Source: Myxococcota bacterium
Lineage (GTDB): Bacteria; Myxococcota_A; UBA796; SXON01
NCBI GenBank assembly: GCA_040386535.1
Contig: JAZKFH010000022.1
Span: 1 to 64,000, forward strand
Length of the DNA stretch: 64,000 nucleotides
Direction of reading: 5' to 3'
Positions within the stretch are counted from its first letter, which is position 1. Every line of letters starts with the position of its first letter. This document shows, piece after piece, positions 35,016-44,032 of the stretch. The notes below the pieces were generated by a model, which was given only the letters and a program-made list of their open reading frames with translations, was not told the DNA's origin and ran no database searches. Both the position numbers and the translations under genes were made by a program.

Positions 35016-36364
35016 CCCGCCCCGCCCTCGTCGAACGCCTCCCAACCCCCGGCGACGCGGTCGAGACCACCGACGGGGCCCGGTTCATCCTGGGCGAGCC
35101 GCTCGGGCGCGGCAACCAGGGGGCGGTGTTCAGCCTTCGGCTCCCCGCCGGCGCGGCTCCGCTCTGCGCCAAGATCTACCTCGGCCTCGACGACGCGCGC
35201 GCGGCACGGATGCGGACTCGTTTGGAGCAGCTCCGCCAGCTCCCGGCCACCGATCAGCTCGTCCTCCCACGAAAGGTGCTCCGCGCCCCGAAGCTCGGGT
35301 ATGTGATGAACCAGGTGATCGGGCACAGCTCGATCGGCGCGCTGTCGACGCGGCCGTCCGGCGCCTCGGTTCGACCCTGGTACGCGGAGGGGGGCGGCCT
35401 CCGCCGACGGCTCCTGCTCGGCCTGGAGCTCTGCGCCGCCTTCCGCGATCTGCACGCGCGCGGGCTCGCCTACTGCGACCTCTCGTTCGACAACGTCCTG
35501 GTGTCGGGCGACCCGCTCCCCCGCGTGCGGCTCATCGACTGCGACAACCTCACGCTACCGGGCACGCCCGGCTCGAACGTGGCCGGCACGCCGTGGTTCA
35601 TCGCGCCCGAGATCCTCTCCGGGGCGAGCTCGCCGGACATCTTCACCGACGTCCACTCGCTCGCGGTCCTGCTCTACCACCTGCTCGTCTTGACTCACCC
35701 GCTGCTCGGAGATGCGATCCGCACCGACACCACGGACGCCGAAGACGCCGCGTTGCGCGGGCGTTGGCCCGGCGGTGGCGTGCTGCCCTGGATCGATGCG
35801 CCGGACGATGCACGGAATCGCGCGGGGAGCGGCCTCCCTCGACACCTGGTGCTCTCCCCGGGCATCGCCGCTACCTTTGACCGCGCCTTCAGCGATGGGC
35901 TGCACGACCGCACCAGGCGCCCCTCGGAGGGCACCTGGGCGGAGGTGCTGGGCCGCGCGGTCGATGCGGTGGTGGGCTGCCCGGCGTGCCGGAACACCAA
36001 CTGGCTGGGAGCCGGCGAGTGCGCGTGGTGCGGCAAGCCGGTCGCTCCGCCCACGGTGTTGGTGCTGCGCCACACGGACGGGCGCCGCCCGGTGGTCGTC
36101 GAGCAGCGGCGCCGGCTCTACCCACGCCACCTCCTGTTCCGCCGGGACACGCTCGGGGAGGCGCCTCTCGCGGAGGTCGGCTTCGTCGGGGATCAGCTGA
36201 CCCTCGAGAGCCGGGCGGAGCTGGCCTTCGACCTGCGCTCGGAGGATGGGCGGGCCGTGCGTGTCGAGCCGGGCGCGCGGGCGCCGCTCGCCCTCGGGGA
36301 TGTGTTCCGGCTCGGCCCGAAGGGCGTAGAGGTGGAAGTCCAGCACGTGGGGGCGAAACGATGA
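35012..36364 (+). CDS. Ser/Thr kinase of the TerY-P triad with a Zn ribbon and an FHA-like C-terminus
   Basis: LGRGNQGAV, CAKIY, YCDLSFDN, IDCDN, GTPWFIAPE; CPAC...CAWC. Confidence 0.92.
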   Translation: MTRPALVERLPTPGDAVETTDGARFILGEPLGRGNQGAVFSLRLPAGAAPLCAKIYLGLDDARAARMRTRLEQLRQLPATDQLVLPRKVLRAPKLGYVMNQVIGHSSIGALSTRPSGASVRPWYAEGGGLRRRLLLGLELCAAFRDLHARGLAYCDLSFDNVLVSGDPLPRVRLIDCDNLTLPGTPGSNVAGTPWFIAPEILSGASSPDIFTDVHSLAVLLYHLLVLTHPLLGDAIRTDTTDAEDAALRGRWPGGGVLPWIDAPDDARNRAGSGLPRHLVLSPGIAATFDRAFSDGLHDRTRRPSEGTWAEVLGRAVDAVVGCPACRNTNWLGAGECAWCGKPVAPPTVLVLRHTDGRRPVVVEQRRRLYPRHLLFRRDTLGEAPLAEVGFVGDQLTLESRAELAFDLRSEDGRAVRVEPGARAPLALGDVFRLGPKGVEVEVQHVGAKR

Positions 36365-39300
36365 GGTGGGGCGAGCTCCGATGGGGGCGAGAGGTGCAGG
36401 TCGACGTGCGGATAACGGTCACGACGAAGCCCGGCCTGGCCACACGGATCGAGGGATGGCTTCGCGTTGCCCTCGACACCGCGACGGATCGCTACTGGAT
36501 CGAGACGCCGGACGGGCACCTCCATGCCGTGATCCCCGCGGGCGGGTCCGCCGGGCTCCGGGACCTCGCGGATCCGGGCGTCGTGGCGCTGGTGCAAGCC
36601 GAGCCCTCCGCGGGGGACCGTCTTCGGGTGGTGGGGCGGATCTTCCCGAACAAGGCCACGCTCACGACGAGGATGCCGCTCCTGGTCCCGCCCGAGATCG
36701 AGGAAAAAATCTCTGCATCGTCCCGCGGGCGGCTGAACGATTGGTTCGACGCCGAGTTCCTCGTGGACGGACGCGCCTTTGCACACGCGGGCGGGAAGCC
36801 TGCCGACGGGCTTCGCCCGTTCGAGCTCTGGGGCCGGGACCGCATCCTCGCGGTCGAGCGTACGCCGCAGGGGCTGACCGTCACCGGCCTCAAGCGCGTA
36901 AGGAAGCACGCACCCGCGCTCACGATTCTGGAGGCGCCGTTCGACCTGCTCCCCGGTCGCCAGGCCGTCGCGAGCGAGGCGATCGCGCAGGTCGAGGCCG
37001 CGGCGAAGGCGGGATCGGGCTGGTGGGGGCTGTGGGCCGAATATCAACGCGCGGAGCGCGAGGTTCTGGAGGAGACTCGGCAGCGCCTCACCCCGCTCCC
37101 GTACCGTTCCTGCACGCTCGAACACAATGGCGAGCACGTGCGCTTCCGTTTGCGCGAGGCGCCACCGGAGTGCTGGGCGGCCGAGGAGGCCCAGCTCGAG
37201 CTCGCGGTGCTGGTCAATGGCAAGGAGCAGGCCGTGGGCCGCCTACGCGCCATCGAGGGCGCCGCGATCCTGGTGGAGCTCGGCCAGGGCGCCCTGGTGC
37301 CGCCGGACGAGGGCGAGCTGACGGTGGCGATCGAAGGCGACCAGAAGCGGCTCCGTCGCAGGGAGGACGCCCTCGATCGCCTCCAGCGGGGGCAGAGCCA
37401 GATGCCCGACCTCCTCGCGGTCCTCGAAGGTGAGGGGCGCACCGCCTACACCGGAGCGGAGCGCCGGCCCTTGTCGCCCGCCACCGAGCGCCTCCTCGCC
37501 TACCCGCTCACATCCGCGCAACGTGATGCCGTGCGCATCGCCCTTAACACGCCCGACATCGCGCTGATCCAGGGTCCGCCGGGCACCGGGAAGACCACGG
37601 TGATCCGCATGATCACCGCGCGGCTCCACGAGGAGGGGCGCACCCCGGTGCTGCTCACGAGCTACCAGCACGAGGCGGTGCTCCGGGTGCTCGAGGGCGT
37701 CGAGACGGGCGGCGTGCCCGGCGTCCGCATCGGCGGCCGGCGGGGGGAAGATCCCTCGGTTGGCATCCGGCCGCTCACGGAGTGGCTCGAACGCCTGCAG
37801 GCCGCCGCCGCGGAGGCCGCGCGTGACCACGCGCACGACACCCCCTGGAACGAGCGCCAGCGGCGGCTGTGGCGGCTGGTCAACGGGTGGCGGAGCGCGC
37901 GCGGCGGCAAGGTGGGGGCGCACGCGCTGCTGGCGCAGGTGCGGGAGGAGATCGGCGCAGAGCTGCCCGCGCCGCTCGCCGAGCGGCTCGACGCTGCCGA
38001 CGTACTCCTCGACACCAACGTCGTGACCGAGGCGCTTCCCGAGGCGATGCGGTGGGAGCTGTCGGTCCTCGTGTCGCGGCTCGCCACCACGCCCGAGCGG
38101 TGGAGCGATGACGGGCCCGCGGGTGCGCGTCGGCTTGAGCGAGCCCTCCGCGCCGCGAGCGACGAGCTCGAACATACCGGAGCGATCGACCCCGAAGTGA
38201 CCTCCACCCTCTTGCGCGCAGGCGTTTGCCGCGATCATCGGCCCGCGCCCCCCGGGCTCCTCGACGCGCTCTCCGCCGTGCAGGCTGCGCTCGATCTCCG
38301 GCTCGCGCCGCCCCCGCCCCCCGCGCTCGCGCTCGCGGTGCCCTCCGAGATTGACGCTGCGCTGAACGCGGTGCTCGCCTGGGTCGACCAGCGCGCCGCG
38401 GAGGCCGGCGAGGGCATCTCCGACGCGCTCGAGGGCTTCCTGAACCGCCTGCTCGAGGATCCACTGGTGCTCCCACGCGTGCTCGAACGCTACGCGACGG
38501 CCGTCGGCGCGACCGTGCAGCAGGCGGTGGGTCGGGAGATGTCGGAGCTGCACGCGGAGTTCGACACCGTCATCGTGGACGAAGCGGCACGCGCCAACCC
38601 GTTGGATCTGCTCATCGCCCTCATCCTCGGACGGCGCATCGTGCTCGTCGGCGACCAGAACCAGCTCCCCCACATGCTGGAGCCGCGCCTCGAGGCGGCC
38701 GTGAATTCCGGTCGCGCGACGGACGCTTCGGCGGTGTTGCGGCAGAGCCTCTTCGCGCGTCTGTGGGAGCTGTACCGGGAGTGCCCGCCGGGCGGGATTC
38801 CACGCACCCGGCTGCTGGACGAGCAGTTTCGCATGCATCCGATCATCGGTGACTTCGTCAGCGCCACGTTCTACGGCGGCGCGGTCCGTTCAGCCACGAA
38901 GGCGGAGGATCTGCAAAACACCACGGCGCTGTTCGACGGAAGGAACGTGGCGTTTCTCAACGTGAAGGGGCGTCGTGAGCAGCGTCGGTACGAGCGACCG
39001 CACGAGGCCGTGGTGGTGGCGGATCGCGTGGATCTCCTCCTCGCGGACGCGCCGGACTGGACGATCGGGGTCATCACGTTCTACGCGCAGCAGGCCGCCT
39101 TGCTGGAGGAGCACGCGAAGGCGCGCGGGTGGAGCGAGCGTGTTCGCGTCGGGACGGTCGATGCCTTCCAGGGGCGGGAGTTCGACGCGGTGCTGCTCTC
39201 CTGCGTGCGGTCGGGCGGCGGGGTCGGGTTCCTGGCCCTCCCCAACCGCCTCAACGTGGCGATGAGCCGCGCGAAGCGGCTCCTCGTGGCGGTGGGAGAT

Positions 39301-39384
39301 GCCCGAACGGTTCGGCAGGTCGCGCCGCTGGCCGGCTTCCTCGCGCTCTGCCGGGAGAGAGGGTTCTACGATGATTCGGTGTAG
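36361..39384 (+). CDS. SF1 UPF1/DNA2-like helicase
   Basis: IQGPPGTGKTT, IVDEAARA, VGDQNQLP, QFRMHP, VITFY, TVDAFQGRE, NRLNVAMSRAK. Confidence 0.95.
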   Translation: MRWGELRWGREVQVDVRITVTTKPGLATRIEGWLRVALDTATDRYWIETPDGHLHAVIPAGGSAGLRDLADPGVVALVQAEPSAGDRLRVVGRIFPNKATLTTRMPLLVPPEIEEKISASSRGRLNDWFDAEFLVDGRAFAHAGGKPADGLRPFELWGRDRILAVERTPQGLTVTGLKRVRKHAPALTILEAPFDLLPGRQAVASEAIAQVEAAAKAGSGWWGLWAEYQRAEREVLEETRQRLTPLPYRSCTLEHNGEHVRFRLREAPPECWAAEEAQLELAVLVNGKEQAVGRLRAIEGAAILVELGQGALVPPDEGELTVAIEGDQKRLRRREDALDRLQRGQSQMPDLLAVLEGEGRTAYTGAERRPLSPATERLLAYPLTSAQRDAVRIALNTPDIALIQGPPGTGKTTVIRMITARLHEEGRTPVLLTSYQHEAVLRVLEGVETGGVPGVRIGGRRGEDPSVGIRPLTEWLERLQAAAAEAARDHAHDTPWNERQRRLWRLVNGWRSARGGKVGAHALLAQVREEIGAELPAPLAERLDAADVLLDTNVVTEALPEAMRWELSVLVSRLATTPERWSDDGPAGARRLERALRAASDELEHTGAIDPEVTSTLLRAGVCRDHRPAPPGLLDALSAVQAALDLRLAPPPPPALALAVPSEIDAALNAVLAWVDQRAAEAGEGISDALEGFLNRLLEDPLVLPRVLERYATAVGATVQQAVGREMSELHAEFDTVIVDEAARANPLDLLIALILGRRIVLVGDQNQLPHMLEPRLEAAVNSGRATDASAVLRQSLFARLWELYRECPPGGIPRTRLLDEQFRMHPIIGDFVSATFYGGAVRSATKAEDLQNTTALFDGRNVAFLNVKGRREQRRYERPHEAVVVADRVDLLLADAPDWTIGVITFYAQQAALLEEHAKARGWSERVRVGTVDAFQGREFDAVLLSCVRSGGGVGFLALPNRLNVAMSRAKRLLVAVGDARTVRQVAPLAGFLALCRERGFYDDSV

Positions 39385-40954
39385 ACGCGTGATCGCTCCC
39401 CACGGCGCCGCCACCGCGGTGACGCTCCGCTGGCCAGTCACCGCCTGGCGGGTCCGGCTCCGCGTGTCGGTCCCCGAAGACCTCGACCCCTTCGCGCGGC
39501 TCATCCTCGATCTGTCCGCCCTGGATCGCCGCGATCCGGTCTGGATTGGGAAGATGAGCGGCCTCGAGCCCGAGTTCGTGCGCGCTCTCGTCGCGACGCA
39601 GAAGGGCAGCGGCTCGTTGGACTCCGAGGGCAGGCTCACGGACGTGGGGCAGATGCGACGCCTCGACCAGGACGAGGAGCAGCTCCGCATCGGCTGGATG
39701 CTCCGCGACGACCTCACGGGCACGGTGTTGCCAACCTTCTTCGAGGGAGATCTCCCGTTCGGCGCGTGGCCGCCGGGGGCGCTCCCGCTCTGGCCCGAGG
39801 GCATGAAGCGCCCGCCCGATCCGGAGATCGCGGCCCGAGGTCGTTTCCCCGACGCGCTGCGGGCGATGTCCCGGCTCGACCGGGGGCTGGCGATCGCCGA
39901 CCGGGAGGACGACGATGTTCCGCGGACGATGGAGGAGGCCGAGGCCGTCCGCGCCCACGGGCGGGTGGAGCTGCTCGGCGACGGGCTGTGGGACGAGATC
40001 GCGGTGGATGTGTGGGCCGAGCTCGCATCGGAAGGCATCGAGCTCCGGGCGGGGTGCCCGTTCGGCCGGAAGGCGGACGGCGCGCGATACCTCCAGCGGC
40101 TCCTCGCGAACGCGCGGCGCTATCCGGCCGTGCAGGCCGCGTTGGACGGTCTCCAGACCATCGGCGGCCAGAAGCTCGAGGAGTGGCACGACGAGCAGCG
40201 CGACCTCACCCTGGTGGCCATCCGCGCGGACCGGAAGGCCGCGCTCACCGCCGGGCGCGCGCTGCCCGACTACGTGCAGCGCCAGCTCGAAGAGGCGGAG
40301 GACATGAGCTTCCGCGCGGAGCGGGGGCGTGCGCGCGCCGACAAGGCGATCCTGGAGTGGGGCCTGTTCGCGGAGGAGGTGTTGCACCACTTCTGCCCGC
40401 CGGCGGGCGCGGGTCCCGACGCCGCTTGGCTTGCCCGGTGGGCGTCCACGCTCCCCGAGCGGCCGGAGACCGCCGCGACCGCAGCGCTGGGGCTCGTGGG
40501 CGGTCTTCTCGTCGATGATGACGGCCACCCCCTCGACGCGCCCGGATCGGCGCGGCATCCGGAGGTGGTGGTGCAGCTCCTGCGGGCGCTGCTCAAGACG
40601 GAGCGGGACGAGGCGTCGCAGCTCCTGTGCTGGCGGCCCCGCGCCACGCCCAGCTGGCACCGCAAGGGTGACAAGCTCATCGGCGCGCGGCTGCTCCTCC
40701 TCCCCTCCCTGGCGGCGGCGATGCTCGCGCAGACACCGGGGGAGTCCGAGGCGCACCACCGGGCGAACGCCTGGCAAGCCACGCTTGCCCGCGATCCCTC
40801 GGTGTGGCGCACGATCGCTCGGATCCTCGATCTCCGAAACAAAGTGGGCGCCCACACGCATCGGTTGGACGCAGCAACGCTCGAGCGCATGCTCGTGGAT
40901 GCGCGATCGTCCGCGCGTGCTGTCCTGAACGCCGCGTTTCCAGCGTCTCCCTGA
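39371..40954 (+). CDS. Protein with an N-terminal wHTH-like segment and a C-terminal HEPN-like motif
   Basis: LDPFARLILDL...IGKMSGLEPEFV; C-terminal LRNKVGAH (Rx5H); lies between the helicase and McrB. Confidence 0.7.
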   Translation: MIRCRRVIAPHGAATAVTLRWPVTAWRVRLRVSVPEDLDPFARLILDLSALDRRDPVWIGKMSGLEPEFVRALVATQKGSGSLDSEGRLTDVGQMRRLDQDEEQLRIGWMLRDDLTGTVLPTFFEGDLPFGAWPPGALPLWPEGMKRPPDPEIAARGRFPDALRAMSRLDRGLAIADREDDDVPRTMEEAEAVRAHGRVELLGDGLWDEIAVDVWAELASEGIELRAGCPFGRKADGARYLQRLLANARRYPAVQAALDGLQTIGGQKLEEWHDEQRDLTLVAIRADRKAALTAGRALPDYVQRQLEEAEDMSFRAERGRARADKAILEWGLFAEEVLHHFCPPAGAGPDAAWLARWASTLPERPETAATAALGLVGGLLVDDDGHPLDAPGSARHPEVVVQLLRALLKTERDEASQLLCWRPRATPSWHRKGDKLIGARLLLLPSLAAAMLAQTPGESEAHHRANAWQATLARDPSVWRTIARILDLRNKVGAHTHRLDAATLERMLVDARSSARAVLNAAFPASP

Positions 40955-40975
40955 CCCCTACCCCCGGAAGCTCTC

Positions 40976-43900
40976 ATGGCATGGAAGGACAAGAAGCCGC
41001 CCGTCAAGGAACAGGAGCCCGCGAGGGGTGTGCCGCCCAGGGCCGCCACGACATCGATCCCCGCCCCACCCGTCGAGCCGACCGAACCGGCGTGGCCCCA
41101 AGCCGCCCGCCAGGAGCTCGCATCCGAGCGCGCCCGGGTCGCGTCGCTTCAGGCCGAACTCGATAGGATCACCCCCGAATACCAGCAGCTACGAGCGACC
41201 AAGGCTGACCTCGGGCGCCAGCAGCTCGCCAAGGACGTGGAGCTCGCCGAGCTCGCCCGGAAGCAGGCGCTGGTGGAGGACGCGCGGCAGCGTCTGGAGG
41301 GCGAGCGCTCGCGGCTCGTCGCGGACGCCGCGCCATGGCTCGACGCAGAGAAGGGCCGTCGTATCGCAGAAGCGGATCGCGAGGCGGGGGATGTGCGGAA
41401 GCGCGCCGAGGAGGCCGAGACAGCGGCGCGGGCGCTTGCCGAGCACATTCGGCGTGATGCGGAGTCGCATGGTGCGAGCGTGCGTGTGGATGCGGAGACA
41501 CACGCCGCGCCGATACGCGCGGAGGCCGATCGGAAGCGGCGAGAGGCGGAGGGAGACGCGATTCGGCTCCGCGGCGAGGCCGATGCAGCGCGAGCGGAGG
41601 CCACGCGGCAGGTCGAAGAGCTGCTGCGAGGGGCGGATCAGCAGGCCGGCGATGCGCGGCGCCTCGGCGTGGAGGAAGCCTGCCGCGTGCGTCTGCAGGC
41701 CCAGGAAGAAGCGCTGGAGCACCGGCGCCAGGCGGATCTCGAGGCGGGGATCACGCGGGAGTCGGCGCGTCGCGACGGCGCAGCGGCGCTCGAAGCGGCC
41801 CGCGTAGACGCCCACGAGCTCCGGCAGAAGGCGGAGCGCGACGCCGCGAAATTGCGAGGCGAAGCGGCGCGTGAGGTGGAACAGGCGCGTGGCGCCGCCG
41901 AGCGCGACCGGATCGCTGCAGAGGAGCGGGCCGCCCAGCGCATCGCCACCGCCGAGCTCGAAGCGGTGCGGGCATCGCGAATCGAGAGTACACGTATCTT
42001 TGCCGAGGCCGAGGCCGAGGCCGAGGAGCGCCTGGAGAGGGTCGCGACGCGAGAGGACCAGCAGCGCACGCGGCACGCTGAGCAGGAGGATCGGGAGCGC
42101 GCGCAGCAGGATGAGGACACCGCTCTGTCCCGCAGAGACCGTGCGCTCGACGCGCGGAGCCGCCGCCTGGCCGAACGGGAGCTCGACGTGGAGCGGGACG
42201 CGCAGGAACAGGCCTTGCGCAGGGAGACTCTCGTGGAGGCTGAGGGCCGCCTCGGTGCCGCCGCGCGTGAGCGGCTCGATCAGTCGCTCACCGAGGCGGG
42301 GGAAGCATTGGCCGAGTCGCGGCGTCGCAACCGGGAGCTCGCGGAGGAGCGCGATCGTCTGCGCGACGCATTGGCGGCGGCCGGCGGGCCCGACGTGGAG
42401 GCGCGGCAAGAGGACGTCGAGCGGCTCCGGCGCGAGAACGGAGCGCTGCGGGCGAAGGTCGCCGAGATGTTGCCCGCCGACGAGGCCGACGCGCTGCGTC
42501 GCGAGCGCGACAGCCTCCTCGGGGCGCGCGCCGAGGCCCTCGCGGCGTCCCAGCACGCGCGCGACATGGCCGAGGCCCAACAGCAGGCGGACCGCGCGAT
42601 GGCGAGGACGCGTCAGGACGCCGACCGACTGGTGAAGCAGGCGCAGGCCGAGCTCGAGAGACAGGTAGCCGAGGTCGATCGGGTCACCTCGATGCTGGCC
42701 GTGGTGGACGCGGAGCGGGCGGCGCTGGCCGGCACCGCGGACGAGGCACGGCGCGGCAAGGAAGACATCGAGCGCATCCGCATCGATCGGGACTTCCTGG
42801 AGGCCCAGCTCGAAGAGGCTCGGCGCGTGCTCGACGACCGGACGCGCCTCCTGAAGAAGAACGCCAAGCAGCGCTATCCGGTGCTCGCCGAGATGGACGA
42901 GGATCCCCCGAAGAGCAAATTCGGTCCGACGGAGCCGGCACCCCCGCTCGCCGCGTTGGTGGCTCGCACCCGCGCCACCCTCGCCGCCGGGGGCCGCACC
43001 TATGACAACCCGACCCTGTGCGCCTGGATCGCCTCGCTCGCCGCGCACCGGCTCATCGTGGTGAAGGGCCGATCGGGTACGGGCAAGACCAGCCTGCCCG
43101 TACACTTCGCCGATGCCGTCGGCGGCGGGCGCGTCGTGGTGCCGGTGCAATCAGGCTGGCGCGACCGCGCGGATCTGCTCGGCTACTTCAACACCTTCGA
43201 CAACCGCTTCCGCGCGCAGCCGTTCACCGAAGCCGTGTACAAGGCGAACTCGCCCGACTTCCGCGACCGGCCGTTCTTCATCGTGCTCGACGAGTGCAAC
43301 CTCTCCCGCCTCGAGTACTACTTCGCGGATCTGCTCTCCGAGCTCGAGCTCGACCCGGAGAAGGGCGGCATCGACAAGCTCAAGCACGAGGAGTGGACGG
43401 CGCTCAAGGGGGACGGCCGCCCGCCCCACCTGATCCGCGTCTCCGAGACGGGCGACGCGGCGATGGCGCCTCGATTCCTGCCTCAGGGGCGCTTCCTCTG
43501 CCTGCCGCCGAACGTATGGATCATCGCGACGGCGAACGAGGACGAATCGACCTTCGAGATCGCCGACAAGACCTACGACCGCGCCGGCATCCTCCAGATG
43601 GACGCGCGCGCCGACCTGGGGAAGGTCCCCGGAACCCCCCTCAAGCCCATCGCGTGGGGCGATCTCACCGGGCAGTTCGGGGCGGTCCAGAGGGCCTGGC
43701 CCACCTCCAAGCGGACGAAGCTCGCCGAGTGGGTGGCGAAGCTCGACGCCGCGCTCCAGGGCGGGTTCGAGGTCGGGTTCGGCAACCGGTTCGTGAACCA
43801 CGCCGAGCTGTTCCTCCCTGTCTACGAGGCCCTCGGTGGCACGCTCGCAGGGGGAGCGGATCACCTGTTGCGCACGCGCATCCTCCGCAAGGTAGACCGG

Positions 43901-44032
43901 GTGCGTGATCCCGGGCTCCGGCAGGCCGCGAGCGATCTCCGGGAGGTCGTGGACATGAAGTGGCCATGGGACGGCGGCAGGCCGGTCCGCTCGCTCGACG
44001 CGCTCGACAAGCTCTACATCCGGCTCTCCTGA
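40976..44032 (+). CDS. McrB-family AAA+ GTPase with a ~550-aa N-terminal coiled coil
   Basis: GRSGTGKT, VPVQSGW..RADLLGYFN, LDECNLSRLEYYF, TANEDEST (NxxD-type signature), YDRA. Confidence 0.92.
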   Translation: MAWKDKKPPVKEQEPARGVPPRAATTSIPAPPVEPTEPAWPQAARQELASERARVASLQAELDRITPEYQQLRATKADLGRQQLAKDVELAELARKQALVEDARQRLEGERSRLVADAAPWLDAEKGRRIAEADREAGDVRKRAEEAETAARALAEHIRRDAESHGASVRVDAETHAAPIRAEADRKRREAEGDAIRLRGEADAARAEATRQVEELLRGADQQAGDARRLGVEEACRVRLQAQEEALEHRRQADLEAGITRESARRDGAAALEAARVDAHELRQKAERDAAKLRGEAAREVEQARGAAERDRIAAEERAAQRIATAELEAVRASRIESTRIFAEAEAEAEERLERVATREDQQRTRHAEQEDRERAQQDEDTALSRRDRALDARSRRLAERELDVERDAQEQALRRETLVEAEGRLGAAARERLDQSLTEAGEALAESRRRNRELAEERDRLRDALAAAGGPDVEARQEDVERLRRENGALRAKVAEMLPADEADALRRERDSLLGARAEALAASQHARDMAEAQQQADRAMARTRQDADRLVKQAQAELERQVAEVDRVTSMLAVVDAERAALAGTADEARRGKEDIERIRIDRDFLEAQLEEARRVLDDRTRLLKKNAKQRYPVLAEMDEDPPKSKFGPTEPAPPLAALVARTRATLAAGGRTYDNPTLCAWIASLAAHRLIVVKGRSGTGKTSLPVHFADAVGGGRVVVPVQSGWRDRADLLGYFNTFDNRFRAQPFTEAVYKANSPDFRDRPFFIVLDECNLSRLEYYFADLLSELELDPEKGGIDKLKHEEWTALKGDGRPPHLIRVSETGDAAMAPRFLPQGRFLCLPPNVWIIATANEDESTFEIADKTYDRAGILQMDARADLGKVPGTPLKPIAWGDLTGQFGAVQRAWPTSKRTKLAEWVAKLDAALQGGFEVGFGNRFVNHAELFLPVYEALGGTLAGGADHLLRTRILRKVDRVRDPGLRQAASDLREVVDMKWPWDGGRPVRSLDALDKLYIRLS